Assembly: GCA_044225365.1 (NCBI GenBank) | Contig: JBGAIQ010000072.1 | Location: forward strand, 1 to 25,733 | DNA length: 25,733 nt | Direction of reading: 5' to 3' | Origin: Planctomycetota bacterium | Lineage (GTDB): Bacteria > Planctomycetota > B15-G4 > JADJEK01 | Shown here: piece after piece, positions 9,507 to 17,846 of the stretch | Numbering within the stretch: the stretch's first letter is position 1 | Layout: each line of letters begins with the position of its first letter | Position numbers and translations under genes: made by a program | The notes under the pieces: generated by a model | The model's input: only the letters and a program-made list of their open reading frames with translations | Database searches by the model: none | What the model was told of the DNA's origin: nothing

Positions 9507-10499
9507 ATGAGTCGACCCGTCCCCTCCGTTCCTTCCGATCCGCCTGAACCGACGGCCGCGAGCGGACTCGCACTGCTTCGTCACCTCGAGATCACGCGCC
9601 TGCGTTTCGTGGCGCGCGCCATGGACGCGATCGATCTTCGTGAGTTCCCCGGCAGTGCGCTGCGGGGCGGGCTGCTCGTCGCGCTGTTCGATGTCGGTTG
9701 CGTCGCGGTCCATCGCCAGTGCGAGGAGTGCGCTTTTCTCGCCGACTGCGCGGTTCCGCGCGTGCTCGGCCGGGAGTCGCCGCGAACGGATCGCGGGAAC
9801 CATGGGTTCTTCACCCGTCCTTATCGGATCACCACGGCGCATGCGCCTCCGCGAATCGAGCGCGGAGCGACGTTCGAATTCGGAATCGATCTCTTCGGCG
9901 AAGCCGCGGAATTCGCTGCGCTCCTCCGCACGGCGGTGATTCGGCTCGGCGAGCGGGGGCTGGGGCGGCGCCGCAGCCGGTTCGATGTGGAATCCGGGGG
10001 AGATTTCGAGGCCTGCGCGCCACGGCTCATGGGCGACGAGATCGCGGCTCGAATCCGGGATCTGCCGACCGATCGGCTCCTGCTTTGCTTCGATTCGCCG
10101 CTTCGTTTGCAGGCAAGAGGGCACGCCCTCACCGAATTTTCCTTTCTCTCTCTCATGGCCAACCTGTTGCGGAGAGCGTCCGGTCTGATGGAATCGCACG
10201 GACGGGCACAGGTCGAGGCTTTGGCCCGGCCGCTCCTGGAGCGAGCTTCTCGAGTCGTGGTGATCGCTGCGTCGTGGACGAAGCGCGATCAGGTACGATT
10301 CTCCTCGCGTCAAGGTCGTGCGATGAATCTCCACGGTGCGCAAGGCCAGGTCGAAGTCGCGGGCGATCTCGCGGCTTTCGTGCCCTGGCTCGCGTTCGGT
10401 GAGATCGCGGGCGCCGGCAAGGGCACGACCTTCGGCCACGGATCGATGCGAGTGCTCGCGACGAACCCTCCGCCCGCGATGGGCGAATCGAGTGGATAG
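9507..10499 (+). CDS. cas6: CRISPR pre-crRNA processing endoribonuclease Cas6 (Cys4-containing type)
   Basis: N-terminal FPGSALRGG and C-x6-C-x2-C-x5-C cluster, plus FDSPLRL and RFSSRQGRAMNLHG. C-terminal G-rich loop GAGKGTTFGHG. Confidence 0.88.
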   Translation: MSRPVPSVPSDPPEPTAASGLALLRHLEITRLRFVARAMDAIDLREFPGSALRGGLLVALFDVGCVAVHRQCEECAFLADCAVPRVLGRESPRTDRGNHGFFTRPYRITTAHAPPRIERGATFEFGIDLFGEAAEFAALLRTAVIRLGERGLGRRRSRFDVESGGDFEACAPRLMGDEIAARIRDLPTDRLLLCFDSPLRLQARGHALTEFSFLSLMANLLRRASGLMESHGRAQVEALARPLLERASRVVVIAASWTKRDQVRFSSRQGRAMNLHGAQGQVEVAGDLAAFVPWLAFGEIAGAGKGTTFGHGSMRVLATNPPPAMGESSG

Positions 10500-10531
10500 A
10501 CCTGCAGAGTAGAACGGAACGGTACAAGAGC

Positions 10532-11806
10532 TTGAATCGCGACGAACTCCGTCAGGATGTGACGAATCGACTCGACCGTGCTGCGGCGCTCGCCGGAGGC
10601 ACGGGAGAGGATCGCATCCTCGTCGGGGCCCGGGTTCATGGCGGACTCGAATACGCCTGTTCGACGACGTCGCGATCGAGCGATACCTCGGCGATGGAAG
10701 CCTCGGGAACGGTGGCCGAGTTCCATGGTCGTGCCGACGCGCTCGCCCGCGCCGTTGCGGCCGCGGCCCAGGCGCTCGGCACGGCAGCGTTCGGCTCTTC
10801 GCATCCGCTCGACTCCTTCCTCCGCATCGGCAACGACCGCTTCGTCGCCGTGATGCCGAGTTCGACCGAAGTCGACGCGCGCCTCACCGAGACGCGAGCG
10901 ACGATCGAAGCGGAATGGCTCGGCTGCTTCGAAGGCGCGGTCGATATCGCAATCGCCTGGGTGCGCACGACGACCAGCGAATTGAAGAACGCCGCCACGG
11001 CGGCGCGACTCGAGGAAGGCCTCACCCGTCGCGAGCGCACGCCCGCGCTCGACGCCCTCAGCGGATCGAATCCGTTCGGTCCCTTCGCCAGCGCGCCGCC
11101 GGTTCCTGGCCAGCGCGAGGCATTCGAGACGAAGCCTCTCGGTGTGCTGGTCTCGCGTCGCCTGCATCGAAGCGTGCCGGGCGACGACCTCGTCGCGGTC
11201 CTCGCCTCCGATCTCGAACGCGTGGAGTGGATCCGCTCGCGCGACGACCTCGCGTCGCTCGCGTCGGCCGCAGGGGACGTGGCGGTGGGGCCGATCTCCT
11301 CCGTCCTTGCGCTCGCTGCCACACCCTTCGAGTTCGAGAGCGCGATCGCGATCGAGGGTGCGCGCGGCGAGCGCGGCCTCGAAGGCGCGCTCGCTCGGGC
11401 CGTCACGGCGCCGAGCGGTCGTTTCCATGTCTTCGGCGTCCGCGCCCAACGCGCGCGCTTCGCCGAGGGCTTCGCACTCGGCAAGGATCTCGCGCCGCTC
11501 GCGCGCTGCGACGAATCCGCGATGCGGGGTCTCCTCGAAGTGGCGATCGCCCTCGACGAAGGAATGGACCGCGCCCCTCTGATGTTGCTGTCGCGCTGGC
11601 GCGCAAGGGCCCACGCCCTCGCCGCTCGCCTCGGCATGAACGAACGCGCGCTGCGGCACGTCACGGACGATGCATCGTCCGAGCGCCGCGCGCTGAAGAC
11701 CCTCATCGGTGAATTCCCGCGCTGGTTCGATACCGGCGCGGCGCGAATTCCCCTCTACTGCGCGTTGCTCGAAGCGGGCGTCGCGACGGAGGCATCCTCG
11801 GCATGA
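10532..11806 (+). CDS. cas10: Highly degenerate, truncated Cas10/Csm1-like large subunit (424 aa)
   Basis: Sits between cas6 and csm2 with an ATGA overlap. Palm1-like segments ILVGARVHG..FHGRA..SFLRIGNDRFVAVMP..WLGCFEGAVDIAIAWV and Palm2-like segments VAVLASDLE..SAAGDVAVGP..SAIAI..RFHVFG. No HD domain and no GGDD. The TTG start is uncertain. Confidence 0.65.
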   Translation: MNRDELRQDVTNRLDRAAALAGGTGEDRILVGARVHGGLEYACSTTSRSSDTSAMEASGTVAEFHGRADALARAVAAAAQALGTAAFGSSHPLDSFLRIGNDRFVAVMPSSTEVDARLTETRATIEAEWLGCFEGAVDIAIAWVRTTTSELKNAATAARLEEGLTRRERTPALDALSGSNPFGPFASAPPVPGQREAFETKPLGVLVSRRLHRSVPGDDLVAVLASDLERVEWIRSRDDLASLASAAGDVAVGPISSVLALAATPFEFESAIAIEGARGERGLEGALARAVTAPSGRFHVFGVRAQRARFAEGFALGKDLAPLARCDESAMRGLLEVAIALDEGMDRAPLMLLSRWRARAHALAARLGMNERALRHVTDDASSERRALKTLIGEFPRWFDTGAARIPLYCALLEAGVATEASSA

Positions 11807-12507
11807 ACGAGAACGAAACCAACCCCGAAGCGACGTCGAATCCGATGTCCGAAGGATCGCCGCCGCCGGCTCCCCCGGCTGCTCAGGCCCCAGGCGAGGC
11901 CGGATCCAACACAGGTAACGAGGGCGCCGGCCCGGGCGAGAGTCCGAACTCCGCCGGTGGCGACGCAGCCGCGGGCGGCGAACAGCAAGGCCGCGGCGAG
12001 CGCCGCCGCAAGGGCAAGCGCGATCGCGGCAAGGGCGGCGGTCACGGCCCCGGTGGGCAAGGCGGTCCCGGTCGTCCCCAGAACCAAGGCCATCCGCGCG
12101 ACGGGGGTCATGGCGGCGGACATCGCTACGTCGAGGACCGCATCGACATCGACGCGGAGCAGCTCGCCCGCGAGACGCGCTACATCACGGCGGACCGCAT
12201 CCGTCCGATCGCGTTCCTCACCGCGCAGGTTCGGCGGTTGCTCGGATCGCCCGATTCGCACGATCGGCGCGAGGCGCGGCGTTGCCTCGTGCTCTTCAAG
12301 TCGCGCGTCGCGTTCATGGCGGGTCGCGAGACCGGCCGCGAGCGCAGCGGCTTCGTGAAGATCCGCGACTTCATGCTGCGCGGCATCGAACAGGTCACGC
12401 GCGATCGCGAGACGCTCGACCCGCTCCAGGTGCGCAACTTCCTCGATCAAGTCGACGCCTACGTCGGCTACCACCGTTTCCACTGCGACGACCGTCGCCG
12501 CGATTGA
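11803..12507 (+). CDS. csm2: Type III-A small subunit Csm2 (Cas11) with ~105-aa disordered N-terminal extension
   Basis: TAQVRRLL (cf. TSQLRKFY), LFKSRVAFMAGR (cf. LKPKLAYAxGR) and FLDQVDAYVGYHRF (cf. FFEAIVAYHKY). Confidence 0.8.
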   Translation: MNENETNPEATSNPMSEGSPPPAPPAAQAPGEAGSNTGNEGAGPGESPNSAGGDAAAGGEQQGRGERRRKGKRDRGKGGGHGPGGQGGPGRPQNQGHPRDGGHGGGHRYVEDRIDIDAEQLARETRYITADRIRPIAFLTAQVRRLLGSPDSHDRREARRCLVLFKSRVAFMAGRETGRERSGFVKIRDFMLRGIEQVTRDRETLDPLQVRNFLDQVDAYVGYHRFHCDDRRRD

Positions 12508-12524
12508 ACGAGAAGACGACGAAC

Positions 12525-13337
12525 ATGACGAATACGACGAACGACGCAGCGCGCGGCATCTCCTTCAAGGGTCAGGTCGTGATCACCGGCGTGATCGAGT
12601 GCCTGTCCGGCCTCCACGTGGGCGGCAATCGCGACGCCTTGAACCTCTCCGGCGTCGAACTCCCGGTCGCGCGCGACCCGGCGACGCGCATGCCGATCAT
12701 CCCGGGTTCGAGCCTCAAGGGGCGCATGCGCGCCTTGCTCGAAGTGCTGCGCGGGAAAGTCCGCTTCGAGCGCGGTCAGGTCCGCGGTTCCGATGGCGAA
12801 CCCGATTCGATCGACCTGCTGTTCGGTACCTCCGGCAATCGCCGCGGCGGGCCGACCCGCCTCGTCGTGCGCGACGCGACGGCGCTGGCGAGCGATTCGC
12901 GCGAATCGACCGTCGCGTTCTGGGCGGCTCTCGACAGCGAGGGGCTCGGCACCGAGGTGAAGGCCGAAGCGGCGCTCAACCGCGTCACGGCTGCCGCGCA
13001 GCCGCGCCAGGTCGAGCGCGTCGTCGCGGGCTCGCGCTTCGAGTTCGAACTCGTGCTCTCGGTGTTCGATCAGCGGGAGGGCGAGGAACTCCTGCTCAAG
13101 GACGTCGTGATCGCGCTCCAACTCCTCGAGGACAGTTATCTCGGCGGCCACGGCACTCGCGGTTACGGCCGCGTGCGGATCCTCCTGCGCGAGAATCCCG
13201 CGATCGCGACCGCTCGCGATTACGAATCGGGCCGTCGCAAGACGAAGCCGACGGGCGACCTCAAGGCCCTCTCCGATATCGACGCGGACGGATGGGTCGC
13301 CGCGGCGAAGCAGGCGTTCTCCCAGAGCCCAACGTGA
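12525..13337 (+). CDS. csm3: Type III-A backbone RAMP Csm3 (Cas7 group)
   Basis: SGLHVGG..PVARDPATRMPIIPGSSLKGRMRALLE, GPTRLVVRDA, TEVKAEAALNR, PRQVERV and LLEDSYLGGHGTRGYGRV. Confidence 0.95.
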   Translation: MTNTTNDAARGISFKGQVVITGVIECLSGLHVGGNRDALNLSGVELPVARDPATRMPIIPGSSLKGRMRALLEVLRGKVRFERGQVRGSDGEPDSIDLLFGTSGNRRGGPTRLVVRDATALASDSRESTVAFWAALDSEGLGTEVKAEAALNRVTAAAQPRQVERVVAGSRFEFELVLSVFDQREGEELLLKDVVIALQLLEDSYLGGHGTRGYGRVRILLRENPAIATARDYESGRRKTKPTGDLKALSDIDADGWVAAAKQAFSQSPT

Positions 13338-14230
13338 AGCAGATCTACCTGAAGCCGCGGGGCGCGTTTCGCGCGCCCCCGCGTTCCGACACGCTCTTCG
13401 GCCTCATCGCGCATGCGATTCGCGCGGTGTACGGACGGGCGTCCGTCGAACGCTTCCTCGCTCCCACGTTCGAAGAGCCGGCGGGAACGCCGCTCTACGT
13501 GACGTCGGCGTTTCCGTATCTCGAGACGGAGCGAGGTCGGCTTCACTTCTTTCCGGCGCCGTTGTCGCACGGCCCCGCGGGCTACGTCGAGGACGCCGAG
13601 TTCCTCGCTTTCGTGACCGGACAGAAGGCGACGGCGGACATCTCGCCCCTCGCCGAAGGAATGCTGCGAATCGATCGCCAGGGGCACAGCCCCGTGCAGA
13701 CGCTCGCGCGACCGGGAGGCTTCTTCTTCCTCGCCGCGGGCTCGGGTGAGCACTACCTCGAAGCGGCCCTCAAGTATCTCGAACGCTCGGGCTTCGGCGG
13801 CGGAGCATCGCGCGGCTTGTCGCAATTCGATGCCGAGCTCGTCGACACCGAATTCGTCCGTCTCGCCCAGCCGGGCGAATACGGAGTGCTGCTCTCGCTC
13901 ATGCATCCCACCGCGGAGGAGCGCGAGCTGATCGCGCGCGAGGCTCGGGCCGATAGCCGCATCGCGTACGCGATCGAGCGGCGTCAGGGCTATGCCAGCG
14001 CGGCGTTCGTCGATGACGTCGCGGCTGCCGGCAGTGGCCGGAAGTCGGCGCTCGCGATGCTGGCCGAGGGCTCCGTGATCCCGCGCGCCACCTCGCGCGC
14101 CTGCGGCGCGGCGCCGGTCGTCGGCACGGCTCGCGATTCCGCCTCCGAATTCAAGATCGTGCAGTCCGGATTCGGTTTCCTCGTCCCGATCGTCGCGGCC
14201 AAGGTCTCGGCGTCGGAGGCCGTCGCATGA
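13334..14230 (+). CDS. csm4: Type III-A RAMP Csm4 (Cas5 group)
   Basis: GTG start overlaps the csm3 stop (GTGA). Motifs PRSDTLFGLI, YVTSAFPY, FFPAP, G-loop GFGGGASRG and MLAEGSV. Confidence 0.88.
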   Translation: MKQIYLKPRGAFRAPPRSDTLFGLIAHAIRAVYGRASVERFLAPTFEEPAGTPLYVTSAFPYLETERGRLHFFPAPLSHGPAGYVEDAEFLAFVTGQKATADISPLAEGMLRIDRQGHSPVQTLARPGGFFFLAAGSGEHYLEAALKYLERSGFGGGASRGLSQFDAELVDTEFVRLAQPGEYGVLLSLMHPTAEERELIAREARADSRIAYAIERRQGYASAAFVDDVAAAGSGRKSALAMLAEGSVIPRATSRACGAAPVVGTARDSASEFKIVQSGFGFLVPIVAAKVSASEAVA

Positions 14231-16038
14231 AGTTCGTCCTGCGCGTCGAATCTCCGCTGCACCTCGGAATCGGTCAGGACCAGGTCCTGTCGTGGCTCGA
14301 CTATCACCTCGAGGGCAAGATCGTCCACGTGCTCGATTGGGAGAAGGTCTTCGCCGCGGCCAGCGGTGACGACGAAGGCAAGCGCGACGCCATCCTCGAG
14401 AAGTTCACGGCCTGGTGCGACAAGACCACGCGCGCGCTCGACGACGCCGCGGAAGCCGCGCAGAAAGCGCCCTCGCGCGAACGCGCCGAGATCCTGCGAC
14501 GGGCTCGCGATGAATCGAGTCCCGCGCGATTCTTGCGCGACGACCTGTCCGACGACGGCCTCGCGAAGCGCCTGCGCGACGGCGAATTCGATCGCTACAA
14601 GGCCGAGTTCAGCGGCGGGCGCCTCGATCGCCGTCTCGAGATCCGGCGCACCGCGAAGGACGCGCTCGGAAACCCGACCATCCCGGGTAGCGCGATTCGC
14701 GGCCAGATTCGCACGGCGCTGCTGCATTCCGCGCTCGCGACGGGCGGCGCGGAGATCGTCGACAAGGTGATGATGGGCAGTCGTGACGCCGAGGGCTGGA
14801 AGAAGAGCCTCGACGATGCGACGCCGGGTCGCTCGCGCTTCCTGTTCGGCGATGCGCTGGAACGCGCCGTGCTGCGTCCGGGCTCGCGAATGGACGATCC
14901 GCGATTCGACCTGATGCGTCTCCTGCGCATCTCCGATCCCGTGAAGTCGCGCGCGACGCTCATCGTGGTGCGCGAGAGTGCATTCCTCATCAAGCCCGGA
15001 ACCCTCAACCCGCTCGCGCCGGTGGTCTGCGAAGCGATCGCCGAGGGCTCGGAGTTCGAGTTCGAGTTCCGCGCCGACGCGGGGCTCGTGAAGGGCGTCG
15101 CGGCGGCGGACGGCGGGACGCACGCGTTCGTCAGCGACGAGTTCTGGTCGCAGTTCACACGCGTCTTCGGCGTGACGCGCGACGAGGCGAGGACGCTCGA
15201 CGAAGCCGCGCTCGAGGAGCGCATGCTCTCCTCCATCGAGGTCGCATTCGGCAGCCGGTTCAGCGCGATCTCGACTCGCGAACGCGCGTGGTTCGATCGC
15301 GCCGGTGCTCCGGCGGACGCACCGCTGAGGCTGTTCCACGAGGGCCTCGGCAAGATCGAAGGCCGCGTGCCCCTGCGCCTCGGTCTTGGCGCGGGATTGC
15401 ACGGCACGACGCTCGTCCTCGCCCTCGACTCGGACGCCGCCCTCGCCGAGCCGCTCTCGCGCGCTCTTGCGCGCGCCGGACTCGGCCTCGATCCGCGAAA
15501 GCGCCGCGAGCGCGCCGAGCGCGAGAAGATCGCGATCGAGAAGGCTCGGCGCGAAAACTCGCAAGGCGGCAGGGGCGGTCCCGGATTGCGCCCGGAACTC
15601 CTCGCCGAGAAGCGCGATCCCAAGCAATTGCCGGTGTCGCGCCATTTCACGATGGACGGTCCGCTGCCCGACCTCTTCACCGGGTGCGTGACGTTTGCCC
15701 GCGGCGAGATCTCGGGCGAAGCGATCGCACGCGAAGCCACGCTCGCCGCGAAGACTCGCGCATTGCGCGCGCCGCAGCCGGAACCCGAGCGCCGCCCCGA
15801 CCGTCGCCCCGACAACCGTGCCGACGACCGTCGTGGCGGGCCGCCGGGTCAGGGAGGCCGCCGTGACGACCGGGGTCGGCGCCCGGACCGTGATGACCGT
15901 CGAGACGATCGCGGACCGCCGCGTCGCGACTCCGGGCCCGATCGCCGACCGAAGGGCCCGCCGCCCAAGCCGCTTCCCGATCGTCCGGCGAACGAGGACG
16001 AGATCAAGCGTCTGCTCGATCGCTTCGGGCGGCGTTGA
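14227..16038 (+). CDS. csm5: Type III-A RAMP Csm5 (Cas7 group) with R/D/G/P-rich C-terminal tail
   Basis: ATGA overlap with csm4. Motifs ESPLHLGIG, PTIPGSAIRGQIRTALL, DLMRLLRISD and LRLGLGAGLHGTT. Confidence 0.88.
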   Translation: MKFVLRVESPLHLGIGQDQVLSWLDYHLEGKIVHVLDWEKVFAAASGDDEGKRDAILEKFTAWCDKTTRALDDAAEAAQKAPSRERAEILRRARDESSPARFLRDDLSDDGLAKRLRDGEFDRYKAEFSGGRLDRRLEIRRTAKDALGNPTIPGSAIRGQIRTALLHSALATGGAEIVDKVMMGSRDAEGWKKSLDDATPGRSRFLFGDALERAVLRPGSRMDDPRFDLMRLLRISDPVKSRATLIVVRESAFLIKPGTLNPLAPVVCEAIAEGSEFEFEFRADAGLVKGVAAADGGTHAFVSDEFWSQFTRVFGVTRDEARTLDEAALEERMLSSIEVAFGSRFSAISTRERAWFDRAGAPADAPLRLFHEGLGKIEGRVPLRLGLGAGLHGTTLVLALDSDAALAEPLSRALARAGLGLDPRKRRERAEREKIAIEKARRENSQGGRGGPGLRPELLAEKRDPKQLPVSRHFTMDGPLPDLFTGCVTFARGEISGEAIAREATLAAKTRALRAPQPEPERRPDRRPDNRADDRRGGPPGQGGRRDDRGRRPDRDDRRDDRGPPRRDSGPDRRPKGPPPKPLPDRPANEDEIKRLLDRFGRR

Positions 16039-16733
16039 GCGCGAGTTCCCTACCGATGCTCGTCCTCTTCGACATCGATGGCACGATCCTCGTCTCCGGC
16101 GGCGTGGGCGTGAAGGCGTTCCTGTCGAGCTGCACCGAAGTGTTCCAGATGGAAGCGGCGGACGATCGCAAGCGCTTCTCGGGCGGCATGGACCCGCTGA
16201 TCTTCCGCGACCTCTGCGCGCTCCATGGAATCGAGGATTGGCGGCGGCATCACGACGGATTCCGCGAGCGCTACACCCAGCGCCTGCGCGAGCACCTCGC
16301 CCCTCCCGGCATCGTGAAGATCCTTCCGGGCGTGCGGGAGCTCGTCGATGCGATCGATTCCGATCCGCGGTCGTCGCTCGGACTCGTGACGGGGAACTAC
16401 CCCGAGACGGGGCGCTTCAAGCTCGAGCAGACGGGCATCGATCCCGATCGATTCGAAGTCGCCGCGTGGGGCGTCGACGGCGATCATCGGCGCGATCTGC
16501 CGCGCGTCGCGATGGAGCGATTCGCCGCTCGCCGGGGCTCGCCGATCGATCCGTCCAAAGTCGTCGTCATCGGCGACACGCCGCACGACGTCGACTGCGC
16601 GAAGCACAACGGCTGTCGCGCGCTCGGGGTCGGCACCGGGCTCTTTACTCCCGCGGAGCTGAGGGAGTGCGGCGCCGATCTCGCGGTCGAGAATCTCGCC
16701 GATACGAAGGCGATCCTCGACTGGCTGTTCTGA
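16035..16733 (+). CDS. HAD-superfamily phosphatase
   Basis: Motif I LFDIDGT, LGLVTGN and motif IV VIGDTPHD. The start is either TTG 16035 (overlapping the csm5 stop) or ATG 16056. Confidence 0.9.
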   Translation: MSASSLPMLVLFDIDGTILVSGGVGVKAFLSSCTEVFQMEAADDRKRFSGGMDPLIFRDLCALHGIEDWRRHHDGFRERYTQRLREHLAPPGIVKILPGVRELVDAIDSDPRSSLGLVTGNYPETGRFKLEQTGIDPDRFEVAAWGVDGDHRRDLPRVAMERFAARRGSPIDPSKVVVIGDTPHDVDCAKHNGCRALGVGTGLFTPAELRECGADLAVENLADTKAILDWLF

Positions 16734-16734
16734 G

Positions 16735-17757
16735 TCAGTCGAAGCGCGAAGCGCAAGCCGCGAAGACGCGATCGACTTCGATCCTGCGCATGCAGCGATG
16801 ATCGATCGGGCAGACGCGCAGGAGACACGGCGAGCATTCGACCGGCTCACGCAGGAGCGTGTGGATCGAGCCGTAGGGCGGCGTCGTCACGGGATCCGTG
16901 GAACCGAAGATCGCGACGACGGGCGTGCCGACGGCGGAAGCGACGTGCATCGCGCCGGTGTCGTTCGAGACGGCGAATCGACAAGCCTCGAGAACGCCCG
17001 CGAGCTCGAGGATCGTCGTCTTGCCCGAGAGGTCGAGGACCTGATCCTTGTCGATCTCGTGACGGATGCGGTCGCACACGTCGCGATCGCCCGGACCGCC
17101 GAGCAGGACGAGTTGCGCGTTCAGATCGAGGAGGAGTCGCTTGCCGAGGGCGACGTAGCGCTCCTCCGGCCACTGCTTCGCGGTGCCGTACTGCGCTCCA
17201 GGGATGATGCCGACGATCCGATCCGCCCGCTTCTCGAGGAGCGGAGCGAGGTGCACCTTGGCGCGCGCCTTCGCATCGTCCGGCACCACGATTCGCGGCG
17301 TGATCGGCTTCGAATCGATGCCGAGGGCTCCGAGAAGGTGATGGTAGTAGTGGACGCGATGGATCTTGAGGAGCGAGGGATCGCGCGGGATCGGATCGGT
17401 GAGGAGCAGATCGCGGCCCGAGGCGCGGTACCCGATGCGGCGCACCGAGTCGGAGATCAGCGCCGTCCAGGCCGCTCCGAACGAGCGGGGGAGCACGAGC
17501 GCGACGTCCGCGGAGAACGCCCGCAGCCGCGCGACGAAGTCGGTGAAACCGACGACGCGCCGCATCCCGTCTTGCCGCTTGTAGACGATCACTTCGCTCG
17601 CCGCGTTCGACGCCCGATACAGATCGGCGACCGTGCCGCGGGCCACCACGCCGACTGCGGCGTCCGGATAGGCCGTGCGCAGGCCATACAGCGTCGGCAG
17701 TGACATCACTGCGTCGCCCAGCCAGCTCGGACTGAAGAAGAGGAACCTGCCCGCCAT
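16735..17757 (-). CDS. waaF: Lipopolysaccharide heptosyltransferase II (GT9)
   Basis: PSWLGDAVMSLP, PGAQYGTAKQWP, VSNDTGAMHVASAVGTPVVAIFGST and CSPCLLRVCP. Confidence 0.9.
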   Translation of the reverse strand: MAGRFLFFSPSWLGDAVMSLPTLYGLRTAYPDAAVGVVARGTVADLYRASNAASEVIVYKRQDGMRRVVGFTDFVARLRAFSADVALVLPRSFGAAWTALISDSVRRIGYRASGRDLLLTDPIPRDPSLLKIHRVHYYHHLLGALGIDSKPITPRIVVPDDAKARAKVHLAPLLEKRADRIVGIIPGAQYGTAKQWPEERYVALGKRLLLDLNAQLVLLGGPGDRDVCDRIRHEIDKDQVLDLSGKTTILELAGVLEACRFAVSNDTGAMHVASAVGTPVVAIFGSTDPVTTPPYGSIHTLLREPVECSPCLLRVCPIDHRCMRRIEVDRVFAACASRFD

Positions 17758-17846
17758 GTTCAATCTTGCGATTATAAGCCGCTCGAAAGCTGGATCCGCC
17801 TCTCCGCACACGAATTCGACGACGACCCCGTAGAATCCGCGTCCCC

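Noticed and set aside
11177-11188. PGDD in the Cas10-like protein as the GGDD cyclase motif
   Set aside because: It precedes the VAVLASDLE strand, which matches the first Palm2 strand. The GGDD-equivalent loop fits better at SAAGDVAVGP. Neither reading gives an intact GGDD.
12282-13333. Long N-terminal extensions of Csm3 (from 12282) and Csm4 (from 12599)
   Set aside because: These are off-frame overlaps with upstream genes, typical of high-GC DNA. The real starts are 12525 and 13334.
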